Assembly: GCA_010356995.1 (NCBI GenBank) | Contig: ML996705.1 | Span: 248,001 to 312,000, forward strand | Source of the DNA: Trichodelitschia bisporula | Taxonomy: Eukaryota | Reading direction: 5' to 3' | Length of the DNA stretch: 64,000 nucleotides | In this document: in pieces, positions 45,599 through 57,396 of the stretch | How the letters are laid out: each line of letters starts with the position of its first letter | Position numbering within the stretch: the first letter of the stretch is position 1 | Translations under genes and position numbers: made by a program | The notes under the pieces: generated by a model | Seen by the model: the letters and a program-made list of their open reading frames with translations, nothing else | What the model was told of the DNA's origin: nothing | Databases searched by the model: none

Positions 45599-46719
45599 GC
45601 TGGCAGCGGGGATGCGGACAGATCCGCCCGCTGTAGAAGATGATGCACCAGAGAGAAAGAGCGTGCGAAACAAAGCGAACGAGGTGTTGAGCTGGGTTGC
45701 CTATGAGCGTGATCAGAATCGGCCTCTCTTACGTTTCGGTTCGAGCGACTGAGCTGAAAGCTGAAATACGCCGAGGTACCTGTGGAGAGCTGAATGCTAG
45801 TGTGTTCAGAAAGATATGCGGGTTTGAAGCCAATGGGCCGAAATCCTATGTGTTCTTGGTGTTGATGTGTGAGGAGACAGGGGAGTAGGCACTTCGGAGT
45901 TAGAGTCGTGCATGGTGATGACCGTCATCGTGGTGGTGAAGTACTCATATGATGACATAATCAGATTCCTGCCTTATCCCCACCTCTTTCAGCCTTGATG
46001 CCTTTTCCCCGCACCACATGGCTTAAGACGACGTCTGCTATGAACTGCGCATCAACCATCAAGCACCAATCGACCGTAAACTGGAATCTTACTGCACATC
46101 AGGCTGTGAGCAAACAAACTTTACGCCCATCTGGTGCTGCTCTTTCAATCTGATGCTCTACGGATGTATCTGCGAGACTCGTTCTCCTCTATGGCATCAT
46201 CTCAGCCTAGACTAGACTCCGAACGAGGCATTCAGCATCCATCATGCAGAAGGTCAGCGGCATCGTTTTGGCTGCATTGCAGCACCATTTGCATCCTCTT
46301 TACTCGCTGTGGCTTCGTTCGAGACTCCAGAAGCCCTTCTTTGGCTAAATTCTTGGCCTTTTAGCGGCATTTTCCGCCAGCTGAAAGAAAGTTCACTGAG
46401 GCACAACTGCATGTTCATCCCCTCACAATCTCATATGCTTAGAACACGTCCCCTTGGAGCACCCTCCGACATCTTTTCATCTACGGGGCTTTGTTCAGCT
46501 TGGCTGCCTTGTGCAGCACCGGTTGGTTGGGCTACGCCTGGAGAAGAGCGCCCCGCATGTACACAGCTCCACTTCGTACATCGCAGCTGAATGCGAGTCA
46601 GCCGCAGCGTAGTGTGCGGGGTTATACTGAGGTATCACCCAGCTATGGCATTCAAATACTTAAGAGCTGTTAGCATCCGATGCTGAGCTTCGACACTCTG
46701 ATCTTTACTCACATCAACC

Positions 46720-49050
46720 ATGGTTACCAACATCAAGACCACCGGTGTGAATCCGCCAAGCGATACCAGCAGGCTCAGTAGGCAGATTTCACCCTTCACA
46801 GTCACCCTTACCTAACTGAATAGTTCCCGTCCCTGTCAGGCGTGAAATCCGCGATCTCCAGGCCAACTTCCCAGATCAATGGAACCTCTTCATTCTTGGC
46901 CTGGCGGCCTTCCAGAAGCTACCCGCATCAGACCCCATGTCCTATTACCAGCTTTCCGGTATCCATGGCAGGCCCTTCAGGTCGTGGAACGACGTCAAGG
47001 GACTTGATGACTTTGGCGATTTTGGTGGCTACTGCACACACAGCTCTGTCGTCTTCCTGACCTGGCACCGCCCATTCCTTGCTCTATATGAGCAAGCCCT
47101 GTACAATGCGGTTCAAGCGCAGGCGTCTCTGTTCCCTGAGGCGCAGCGCTCCCGTTGGCTCAAAGCGGCCTCCGATTTCCGCATGCCGTACTACGACTGG
47201 ACCCAAACTGCCTCAGGCATCGCCTATCCGGACGTGTTCGGCGCCAAAAATATCTCGGTCATTCAGACGGATGGTGTCAAGAGGCCAGTTCCGAATCCGC
47301 TCTACAACTTCAACTTCAGACCCGCAGCTGCTCCCGCGAATGAACTGGGCCAGTGGTCCACGCACTCCACCACTGTCCGGTATCCCACTCGGGGCGACTC
47401 CGATAATGGCGCCGTGAGGGATGCCATCCAGAACGAATATGAGCATATCCGTGGCAATGTGGCCCTGTTGCTGCTTCAGTACGCCCGATACAACGCCGTC
47501 AGCAACAACCGATGGCTCCGGAACGAGAAGCCCGGGGAGTACGGGAGCCTCGAAAACATTCACGACAACTTGCACGACACCATCGGCGGAAACGGGAACA
47601 TGAGTGCCTTGGAGGTATCAGCCTTTGATCCCATCTTCTGGCTGCACCACACCAACGTCGATCGCCTGTGGGCCATCTGGGGAGACCTGAACCCTAACAG
47701 CTATGTTGAGGCGGGAACCACCAGACAAAGCAGCTTCACTATGGCAGCTGGGTCGACCCAGGATGCCACCACGCCCCTGAAGCCGTTCTGGGACAAGACG
47801 GGCACCAGGTTCTACACTTCGAATGATGTCAAGTCGACCAAGACCTTTGGCTACGCCTATCCGGAAACGCAAGCCTGGAACCACGATACGGTGCCTAAGT
47901 ATCAGGCTGCACTGGTAGAGACGGTTAAGAAGCTATTCGGCGACGGTAACACAGTGAAGGACTTTCTTGCGCGCGCTGGTGCCCCTACCCAGCGGAATTT
48001 CGCCCTCGCGCGCCAGGTCGTGACCAAGGATGTGGAGTTGCCCGACATCATGGAAAAACGGACTGCTCCCGTGACGAACGACGATGAACCCATGGTCGGA
48101 GTGAGCGTACCATCCGCTCCTCCTTCGGCCGCTGGCCCCAAACGACGTGTTCTTGCGCCGAGTGACGATGTAACGCCCGTTCCTCCCGTTCCAGAATTCA
48201 GCCGTGCTCCCGCGCCAACTGACGATGGTCCCATGGTCGGGGTGACCGTACCCAGCGCTCCTCCTTCGGCCGCTGGTCCCAAACGACGTGTTCTTGCGCC
48301 GAGTGACGATGTAACGCCCATCCCTCCTGTTCCAGATTTCAGACGTGCTGCCCCGGTGCCGCACGATGACCCTGCAACGCCCATCCCTCCCGTTGTAGAT
48401 ATCAAACAGGCACAAAAGCCTCTTGCGCCCGGAGATGATGGGGAGGATATAATTGTGGACGCAAACCGTACGTTTTGCACGTTTTTGGCTTTAGTTATCA
48501 CTAACACGCCCCAGCAATCCCGGAAAAGTTCTCAAATCTCTTGAAAGAGTACCGTCAGTGGGTTGCCAACTTGCGTGTCCAAAAGCACGCGCTCAACACG
48601 ACGTTCCGCGTCTTTGTGTTCCTCGGCGACTTCGACCCGAACCCGGAAACCTGGCCCTTCGAAAAGAACATGGTCGGCCGCTTCGCTGTGCTCGGACGCG
48701 GCGAGGACACGAGCTGCGCCAAGTGTCGGAATGACCAACAGGAGGAGCTGGTGGTAACGGGCACAGTATCGCTCACCACGTCTCTGCTCGGCGAGATGGT
48801 TGGAGGGGATCTGGAGAGCCTAGAACCCGAAGTCGTCGTCCCGTATTTGCAGCGTCAGCTGCACTGGCGCGTCCAGACCATCACAGGCGATGAGGTGCCG
48901 CGGGATTCAGTTGCAGATCTTAAGGTCAGCGTGATCAGCGCGAAGGTGGTGGTTGGCGACGATGGCATTCAGCGGACCGGCGAGTGGGACGTGCACACGG
49001 AGGTCACGGACGGGCGCCCGGCTGGTCTCACTGAGGGAGATCCGATTTAG
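46720..49050 (+). CDS. Tyrosinase (type-3 copper) with C-terminal shielding domain and repeat-expanded linker
   Basis: CuA GIHG..YCTH..FLTWHRP, CuB ENIHDNLH..FDPIFWLHHTNVDR, YAYPE tyrosine motif, C-terminal domain with CAKC. Two introns. No signal peptide. Confidence 0.93.
48062..48400 (+). repeat. In-frame 141-bp tandem repeat (~2.3 copies) inside tyrosinase
   Basis: ccatggtcgg at 48090 and 48231. cgctcctccttcggccgctgg..aaacgacgtgttcttgcgccgagtgacgatgtaacgccc occurs twice. Confidence 0.92.
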
Positions 49051-49757
49051 ATTGCAAAACGGGCATCTTGATGTTTGAAGTCTGATGCTTGCGATTTGTT
49101 GTCGTTGTGGTTTGCAGAGCAGGCAGACACAGTCATTTGGTATCTAATTGGGATATCGTAAAGGCAATTCATGCTTGAATTTATTCCTCATCGTTCGCTT
49201 TAATTATCACGTGTAAAGTCTGGGGTAACGGAACGGACTGGCGAATGACGTCAACTAGTTCTACTGGCCAGGATTCCCCATGCTCAAAAGCTGACGGCGA
49301 AATGTAATCGTGAGAGTACTGAACTCAACTCAGCCTGTTCCGGTCGACAAGCTTTTTACAGAGAGCTCGAAGTTGGGGCATGGACATCCTTAGGCTTACT
49401 CAGAGTGCGTGGGGATATACAATCAGCCATTGGCCTCATTCTCTGCACGCAATGCTGCGTGAGAAGAGAATTTGCAACGCCCATGCTGGGGGTGTTGCAT
49501 GGAACAAGAGTCGAGGCACATGCATCTCCGCCGTCACCATCGACATGCATTGGACTGTATCATTCGCTTTTGTGGTCGCTTTACGGATGTAGTGATGGGC
49601 GATGGGCGATGCGCCGTGCTTTCTGGTTCTATTTCCACAAACTCCCGAGATAGCAGCGAGATAGTGGCAGCTTGCAGGCCTTGCCAATGCTTAGATTTCG
49701 AGTCAAGTCGGGTCAATTAGGGTTTATGGTGCTATGGTATCATCTTGTCCACACGAT

Positions 49758-49758
49758 A

Positions 49759-49808
<50 letters not shown>
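49758..49808. repeat. (TC)n microsatellite, ~25 units with one interruption
   Basis: Direct reading; upstream of NHA1. Confidence 0.95.
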
Positions 49809-49811
<3 letters not shown>

Positions 49812-50974
49812 CTTCATCTACATCTCCGTCTCCGTCTCTCTCTCACTCTGTCGTTCCTACGTGGGTAGTCGCTTCGTATTCACACCGTCCGCTTTGCTTC
49901 CCCGCTCCTTGTCCGCAGCCCTTGACCCATTCTCGCCTTGTCTCCGTTTATCCCTGCTCGCCAAGGCTCAAATCAGCGAGGGGCGAAGACATCGTCATGT
50001 GTAATTGGCCAAAATAGTGCCGGTGGCGCTCGGCGCCAAGATGATCCATTCCGACCGAACTTCTCGACGGGGTCACGGACCCGCTGTATGCGTAAGTCAC
50101 TGCTCGCAAGTCACTTGGTAGCGAAAGGCGGCCTTCACCATCCGTACCGATCACCCCCATATTCTGTCTCTTCTGAATCTCAACTCGTGAGCTTTCACTG
50201 TTGGCAACCTGCCACTACTGTACCTTCACTCACAATTCAGACGATTCATTCCCCCCCCCCAAATATCCTCTTCATTTATACAGATCTCTCTCCCCCTCAA
50301 AAATTCCTCAACAGCTTTCGTCATCTCTACTGTATCCAGATTTTTGTTCACCAACTCTTCAAGTGTCCTCACATCCGTCATCCATTTGCCCCCAACACTT
50401 CCTTACTAGCCGCTAGCCTTCCCCAAGCCTTATCGAGCAAGGCGTGGCTCCGCCGTGCATCAAGACTCTGGACACCAAACCGCTCGGCAAGCCCAGTACG
50501 TACTCGACAACTCAAGAGAAAAGCATCAAGAAGAAGTCAAGACAACTCCAAGCTCAGCAGCTCTTGGCTCGCCTATGTATGTCAATCTTCCGCACGTTGC
50601 CTTGATCAGCGTTAAACCACCCGAAAAGCACAGGCGTTGAGATCCTCTGCGCCTATTCGCTGGCGCGTCAGCCAAAATAGCTTCCCTTCTCCACTGCTCT
50701 CTTCCCAACTCCCACACCCGCCCGTCCTCCCTCTCGGTTGCAACTCGCGATTTCGAGACACAAACATCTCGCCCCGCCACTTTCACGACTGTCGCCACCT
50801 CAAACTACTAAATACTTTAGCTGTGGGGAGCGGCGACTGGGCGCGACCTTGATCCTCCATGCACCAACCCTTCCTCCCGCACTTCACATCAAGAGAGGCT
50901 GAGAGGAGTGGTGGTTCCGTTCTACTACCTTCATTAGGAATACATTCTGACACTCCACCGTCAGCACCGTCGCA

Positions 50975-53900
50975 ATGGCCTGGGAGCACCTCGAGGTCAA
51001 CCGGCCGCACCTGGTCTACATCATCCTCGGCGGCTTCACGAGCCTCTTCATGCTCTGTTCCTCCGTCTTCAAGGAGCGCTTCTACATCGGCGAAGCTACC
51101 GTTGCCACCATCTGCGGTATCATCTTTGGGCCGCTCGCGGCAAACCTGATCAACCCAGACGACTGGGGCAACACGGATCAAATAACCCTCGAGTTCTGCC
51201 GCATCGTCCTCGTAGTCCAATGCTTTGCCGTCGGGGTCGAATTGCCCAAGTCATACATGGAGAAGCACTGGAAGTCGGTGACCATGCTGCTGATACCTGT
51301 CATGACGTTTGGCTGGCTCATGACGAGCCTCTTCGTCTGGTGGCTGTTTCGCTCCCATCTCAACTGGCTGGACAGTCTCGCAATCGCGGCGTGTGTCACG
51401 GCCACGGATCCCGTCCTAGCGTCATCCGTCGTTGGTAAGGGCAAATTTGCGAAGCGCGTCCCAAAGCATCTGCGTGACCTGCTGTCGGCTGAGTCCGGCT
51501 GCAACGACGGCATGGCGTTTCCGTTCATCTACCTGGCCATCTACACCATCCGCTACAAACACGAGCCGAGCCACCTCGCGTTGCACTGGTTTTGCTACAC
51601 GATCCTTTACGAGTGCGTCTTTGGTGCCATCTTCGGTGTCGTCATCGGGTACGCGGCGCGCCGTGCCATCCGCCTCGCTCACGAGAGGGACCTGATCGAT
51701 CGCGAGAGCTTCCTAGTCTTCTACTTCGTGCTTGCACTCTTTTGCGCCGGCTCGGGTAGCATTCTCGGCATGGACGACTTGCTCATTGGCTTTGCCTGCG
51801 GTGTCGGCTTTAGCAACGACGGTTGGTTCCAGGAGAAGACGGAAGAGGCGCATGTCTCCAACGTTATCGACCTGCTGATCAATTTGGCCTTTTTCGTCTA
51901 TTTTGGCACCATCATTCCGTGGTCCCAGTACAGCTCGGCTGTCATCGGCACGTCTGCCTGGAGGCTTGTTGTGCTGGCCATATTCGTCCTTCTTTTCCGT
52001 CGTATTCCCATTATGATGATGCTGAAGCCTGTCATTCCCGACATCAAAACCTGGCGAGAGGCCCTGTTTGCGGGCCACTTTGGACCCATCGGTGTCGGCG
52101 CTCTGTTCGTTGCCATTCTCGCTCGTGCTGAGCTGGAGACGGAGTCAACCACTCCCTTGGCTAAGCTCCCGGAGCCTGGATTTGAGCACATGAACATTAT
52201 CGAGCTGATCTGGCCTATTACGTCGTTTCTGGTCATCTGTTCTATCGTCGTTCACGGCTCGTCCATCGCCGTCTTCACGCTCGGAAAGCATATCAACACC
52301 CTGACACTAACCTTCTCGTATACTCAAGGGGTAGAAGAGGGGCCGAACTGGATGGACCGTCTCCCGCGCATCCAGTCGCGCTCCAAAAGTTCCATGTCCA
52401 TGCGCCGGCCAGAAGACACCGAGTCGTCCATGGACGAAAAGCCAGAGGGAGCGTTTTCACTTCCGACCGACTTTCTGCGTCGCCAGAAGGAACCGGAGCA
52501 GGGCGGCAGCCGGCCATCCAGCGTACGACCACACCGGCGCAAGAAGTGGGATGCTGGAATCGGTCCCGGTGGTCCCATTAGTCAGTCAGCTATTGCACCG
52601 CAACCGCGCAACCTTGACCACTCCGACGTGCCTGATTCGCATCCGACGGACTCTGAGACGTTGGCAGTGCATAGCGAGGAGATGCAAGGCGGCGGTGAAC
52701 GGCGCACAAGCGCTGTTGCGCAAGAGGCTTATCTGGAGGGTAGCCAGCTCGTCCTGGAGGATTCCGATGGCAATGTTCTGGCCGTACGCGATATGAACGC
52801 CGATGAGCCTGCGAAGGAGCGTGAGCGCCATGCAAAGAAGGAGAGCAAAAAGGCGGCCTCTAGTAATCTCGTAGACGAGGCGGAGAATAAGGAAAAAGAG
52901 GCCGAAGAAAGCGACAGCGTTCCTCAGCTCAAAGCGCCCGAAGCCCCGGCATCAGCATGGCGTAATATGCAAAAGCGTATGGAGAGTTTTAGCGGCCTTC
53001 GCAAGCACGAAGACAACACTGCTGGTCCTAGCAACAAAGGGCAGCGTAAGCGCGGCCCTGCCCTCGCCTACCAGTTCGGTAACACCATTATCGTCGAGGA
53101 CGAAGACGGAGAAGTGCTTAAGAAGTACGACATTCCTGCCACCAATCGCCCCGGCCCGGCCCGTCCTGGCAGCTTTGCTGATCCGACTCGTGCGCTCCAA
53201 CGCATGGGTACATGGGTGGGCTTGGGTGGCGAAGCACAGGGCAAGGACGCCACCGCTACTGCTGCGGAACCCAAGCGGGAAGAGGATGATGACGATCATC
53301 GCATTCGCTTCAAGGCTGGTGGCCGACGTATGAGTAAGGCCGAGTTCATTGAGCAGATTCAGACCCTAGATCCCAAAGCGCGGGCCCGCGCCATTGCGGC
53401 TTCTGATGCGCCCGAGGCTGTCAAGCGTGAAGCAGTGGTGGAGACGGGAGCAGCGATTGCGAAACCAGCGCCGGCACATGCCACTGCTTCCAGCTCGTCG
53501 TCGGATGCCGGTAGGCCGATAAGTCCTGAGGGCCTTGCTACCACCGAATCAGCCACTGACATTCCGTTCCACCCCATCGGCCAGACGCTCGCGAACTTCT
53601 CGATGGAGGGACGTGGAGAGACTGCAGCTCAGCGCCGGAGGCGCGAAGCTGCAACATCCATTGGGCCGACGAGTGACGAAGATGACGAGCGGCCTGGCCG
53701 GGCGGCGGAGCGCCCTGCGGTGAGCCAGCGGCGCCTGTCGCCCAAGACAGCACCTGCTTCCGGTTCGTTTTCGGTCGGTACCAGTGCCGGGAAGCAGCCT
53801 GCCAACTTCCTCGAGGAGGGGGAGACGATGGCGGAGCGACGTCGGCGGCAGGCTGCGTTAGGGTTGTCGAAGGACGATGATAGCAGCAGCTCCGACGAGG

Positions 53901-54067
53901 AAGACGGGGCGAGCGGGTTCCGTGAGCCACGGGTTAGGTCTCGCGATGGAGCTCAGCCGGCTCAGGGGGCGTCATCAGCTGCCCAAGGAGCGCGGACGTC
54001 GATTCGGTTCGCTGATACGGAAACGCCGCGGTTGAGGTGGGGAGAGGATGTTGGGAGGAAGAAGTAG
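50975..54067 (+). CDS. NHA1: Plasma-membrane Na+(K+)/H+ antiporter
   Basis: 1030-aa single-exon ORF. ATDPVLASSVVGKG, LSAESGCNDG, GMDDLL, EALFAGHFGPIGVGA, long hydrophilic C-terminus. Confidence 0.97.
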   Translation: MAWEHLEVNRPHLVYIILGGFTSLFMLCSSVFKERFYIGEATVATICGIIFGPLAANLINPDDWGNTDQITLEFCRIVLVVQCFAVGVELPKSYMEKHWKSVTMLLIPVMTFGWLMTSLFVWWLFRSHLNWLDSLAIAACVTATDPVLASSVVGKGKFAKRVPKHLRDLLSAESGCNDGMAFPFIYLAIYTIRYKHEPSHLALHWFCYTILYECVFGAIFGVVIGYAARRAIRLAHERDLIDRESFLVFYFVLALFCAGSGSILGMDDLLIGFACGVGFSNDGWFQEKTEEAHVSNVIDLLINLAFFVYFGTIIPWSQYSSAVIGTSAWRLVVLAIFVLLFRRIPIMMMLKPVIPDIKTWREALFAGHFGPIGVGALFVAILARAELETESTTPLAKLPEPGFEHMNIIELIWPITSFLVICSIVVHGSSIAVFTLGKHINTLTLTFSYTQGVEEGPNWMDRLPRIQSRSKSSMSMRRPEDTESSMDEKPEGAFSLPTDFLRRQKEPEQGGSRPSSVRPHRRKKWDAGIGPGGPISQSAIAPQPRNLDHSDVPDSHPTDSETLAVHSEEMQGGGERRTSAVAQEAYLEGSQLVLEDSDGNVLAVRDMNADEPAKERERHAKKESKKAASSNLVDEAENKEKEAEESDSVPQLKAPEAPASAWRNMQKRMESFSGLRKHEDNTAGPSNKGQRKRGPALAYQFGNTIIVEDEDGEVLKKYDIPATNRPGPARPGSFADPTRALQRMGTWVGLGGEAQGKDATATAAEPKREEDDDDHRIRFKAGGRRMSKAEFIEQIQTLDPKARARAIAASDAPEAVKREAVVETGAAIAKPAPAHATASSSSSDAGRPISPEGLATTESATDIPFHPIGQTLANFSMEGRGETAAQRRRREAATSIGPTSDEDDERPGRAAERPAVSQRRLSPKTAPASGSFSVGTSAGKQPANFLEEGETMAERRRRQAALGLSKDDDSSSSDEEDGASGFREPRVRSRDGAQPAQGASSAAQGARTSIRFADTETPRLRWGEDVGRKK

Positions 54068-54828
54068 GTGGCATGAGCATGATAAAAGGTGTACGACAGG
54101 GGGCTGGGGACACAGGTTGGGCACTGGCGGAGGTAGGGTGGGGTCATGCCGTGACAACGTTATGGGGTTGCATGGGTATGGTGATCTGCATGATCCATCT
54201 TGGGCGGTTCGTCTGAAATTTGCTTTGCTTGTGGCCACGACATGAAGGGAATTTGTTAAGAGCCGTGCTGGTGGCCACAATCTTTAGAGGTCACTCTATA
54301 GAAGGGGTGGCAGTGATAGACTGCGTTACGTTTGCTCGTACATATCGCTACAGCGCGATCTGTAGCCTTAGAGGCAAGACTTCATTATTTTACTCGAGTT
54401 TGGTTCCTCAGTCTCGTTTCACGGAGTGATGTTGAGCGTCACACATGGGACATTTGCACGGCTAGCTGCTTAGCATGTGAGGCTCGGCAATGTTACTGTA
54501 CGGTACTGTACCAACCGCTTGAGCTGAGTTGCTGTCTGGATAGAACTACCTGAAACAGTAGAGCTTTCATCGGTGATGCCTCCGTAGCCTGCTGCGCCAC
54601 CGTTCAATCTTCGTCAGCCACAGCCTTGGACCCCTATTATCAGCCCCGCACCCCACCGCCACTCCATGCGCTCGCAAAGTCTTTGCGCTGACAACACTAA
54701 ATCACCCCGCTCTCCAGCTTTTGTCGCAATCGCTCATTTCGCCAGACGAGATATCTCTCCACAAAATCCTTTCTTCCCAACCAACTTCAACTCCCCGCCT
54801 TTCCCCGTCTTGAACTTCATACCTCACA

Positions 54829-55938
54829 ATGGCCTCCTCCTCGCCCCCCTCCACCACGGGCACCATAACAATCGGCACACGGCGCAGTGCCCTCGCGCGG
54901 AAGCAAACCTCCTTCGTGGAAGCCGGTCTTCAAAAGGCCTGGCCGGATCAAAAGACTGCCGTCCACGCCATGGACCCACTGGGTGACCGGAATAAGGTCA
55001 CGGCGCTGTACGCTTTCAATGCGAAGAACCTGTGGACGTACGAGCTGGAAGAGCTCCTGGGCAAGGGCGAGCTGGATCTCATCGTGCACAGCCTCAAGGG
55101 TGCGTTCCTCAGCTTCACCCTTTTCGACAAGCATCGAGCTGACTGAGCAGATATGCCGACGTCCCTACCGGAGGGCATGGCCATCGGCGCCATCCTTCCC
55201 CGCGAAGACCCGCGCGACGTCCTTATTCTCCCCGCCTCGAACTCCTCGGCCCCGCGCTCCGCGCACGACATTCTTTCGTCCCTACCTGAAGGCTCCGTCA
55301 TCGGCACGAGCTCCCTGCGCCGGATCGCGCAGTTGCGCCGGCGCTACCCGCAGCTCGCGTTCGCGAACATGCGCGGTAATGTCGGTACACGGCTTGCGAA
55401 GCTGGATTCGCCGTCGGCGGAGGCCGGTGCGCCGGAGGGGGGATTCGCGGGGCTGATCATGGCTGCGGCGGGGTTGTTGCGGCTCGATCTTGGGAATAGG
55501 ATTTCGGCGTATTTATCCGGTGCGGAAGGCGGGATGTGGCATGCGGTTGGGCAGGGGGCGATTGGGGTCGAGGTGAGGGAGGATGATGAGCGGGTTAAGA
55601 AGCTGTTGGAGCCGTTGAGGTGTAGCCGCACGGAGAGGGCGTGTTATGCGGAGCGGGCGCTGATGCGCGCGCTTGAGGGGGGGTGCAGTGTGCCTATTGG
55701 GGTGGAGACGGATTGGGAGGGGGAGAAGCTGAGGCTGGATGCTGTGGTGGTGGCGTTGGATGGGACGGAGGCGGTGGAGGCGGTTGAAGTTGCTGAGGTG
55801 GGGAGTTTGGAGGAGGCGGAGGAGTTGGGGAGACGGGTTGCGGCGGTGCTGGTTGAGAAGGGGGCGGGGAAGATTTTGGATGTTATCAATGAGAAGCGGA
55901 AGGAGGATATGGTGGCGTATGCTGGTTCGGCGCCGTAG
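54829..55938 (+). CDS. HEM3: Porphobilinogen deaminase
   Basis: IGTRRSALARKQ, VHSLKDMPT spanning the intron, IGTSSLRR, RGNVGTRLAKL, AVGQGAIGVE, LEGGCSVPIG. Confidence 0.96.
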
Positions 55939-56148
55939 GTGGATTGGTAAAAGCTTGTTTGGATGTCTTCGGCATAGATCTCGAGGCAAGGTATGATCAA
56001 AAGATAGACATTGATGGTTTACATTTACAGTAAGATCTCCATATCCAGCGCGCCCTGTCCTCGACGCCATCAGATACGCTCCCGCTCATAACATCCGACT
56101 CCCCACCCCGCCAACCAGACCACCACCCAAAAAGCCCATGGTATCACC

Positions 56149-57396
56149 CTATCTCTCCCCGGGAACATACACCATACTCTCCACTCTCGCATACCCCTCC
56201 TGCCCGCGCGCCGGCCCCGCATTCATCCTCAACCTCTCCTCCCGTTCCCGAACCTCCGTCTCACTCTGCACAACCACACACCAACAACAACAACAAGCAC
56301 GCACCAAATCCCCGCCCACACCCCCCTCAATCCCATAAACCCGCCTCACGCTCAACCGCACCATAAGCGGGAGTATCCAATACAGCCCGCACAAGCCCCC
56401 TACTACCCCGGCTACACATCTGCCGTTCACATCGGAGTGACCCAGCATATCAGTGGCGTCTCTATGTCTCGCCTTCGCATCGAGCCGGTACGCCGTCCGC
56501 GCGTCGAGGATGCACGGACAGAACGCACCGGTGAGGCATGTGCTCGCGTCCGGGCAGCTGCCGAGCCCGTGGCTCCAGGGTTGCCGCTCCGAACTCAGTC
56601 TCATATTCGGATGCGCGATTTGGCCTGGTGCGTGGGGAAGGGGTGTTGGAGAGGAAGGCACGAAGGAGGTCGGGCTGAAGGGTGCGGCGTCCGGCTGTGG
56701 GGACTTTTTGCGAGGTTCGGGTTGGAGGGAGGCGCGTTGGTGCAGGGGGAGGGTGGCGTGGGGTTGGGTTAGGGGTTGGGGTTGGTAGGAGGCGCGGGAG
56801 GTGAGTTGCGGGGAGGGGAAGGAGGGGGATTGGGGGGAGTGTATTGCGGATTGCGGGTGTGGTTGGGGGGCGTGCGAGGCGTAGTACGCGTCTGGTGAGG
56901 CTGGTGATATCGGTGCCTGCTGTTGTTGGCCGTGGACGGGCGCGTATAGCGCTGGATGGGTCTCGGTGGGTGCGGGGAAGTTGTACGGCGATCCGGGCTG
57001 CTGCTGCGGTTGCGCTGCGTTGGCCGGATAGGTCTGCGCGGCTACGGGTGCCGGGTAATGCTGCTGGGCCGCTTGCTCAGGGTAGTGTTGTTGCGCCGCG
57101 TGCGCCGGGTACTGCTCCCGCTCCGGCACCGGGAAACCACCCGGCTCCGCATGCGCCGCATTCCACGCCTGCTCATGCTGCTCCGCCCTTCCCGCATCTA
57201 CCGTCGCCTGCCCCTCAATCCGTCTCCTGTCAGCGCCAGGTGTATCTGGCGACTCGACGATAGTGCGGTCCGGCGCGAAAGGCGCGCTGCTCGCGTCGCG
57301 CATGTCAACTGGGGTTTCGAGCCATGAGAAGCGGTTTTGTGGGTTGGGGAGTTGGGCGCGGCGGGTGTTTAGCGTTAATGGGGGTTCTTGGGGCAT
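56149..57396 (-). CDS. PLAC8 (DUF614) family protein with long P/Q-rich N-terminus
   Basis: WSHGLGSC..TCLTGAFCPCIL, VRRVYGIEG, ACCCCWCVVVQSETEV. Confidence 0.9.
   Translation of the reverse strand: MPQEPPLTLNTRRAQLPNPQNRFSWLETPVDMRDASSAPFAPDRTIVESPDTPGADRRRIEGQATVDAGRAEQHEQAWNAAHAEPGGFPVPEREQYPAHAAQQHYPEQAAQQHYPAPVAAQTYPANAAQPQQQPGSPYNFPAPTETHPALYAPVHGQQQQAPISPASPDAYYASHAPQPHPQSAIHSPQSPSFPSPQLTSRASYQPQPLTQPHATLPLHQRASLQPEPRKKSPQPDAAPFSPTSFVPSSPTPLPHAPGQIAHPNMRLSSERQPWSHGLGSCPDASTCLTGAFCPCILDARTAYRLDAKARHRDATDMLGHSDVNGRCVAGVVGGLCGLYWILPLMVRLSVRRVYGIEGGVGGDLVRACCCCWCVVVQSETEVREREERLRMNAGPARGQEGYARVESMVYVPGER

Noticed and set aside
48050..48470. Dikaritin/KEP-type RiPP precursor fused to tyrosinase
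   Set aside because: No signal peptide, no Tyr in the repeats, and no UstYa/DUF3328 gene nearby.
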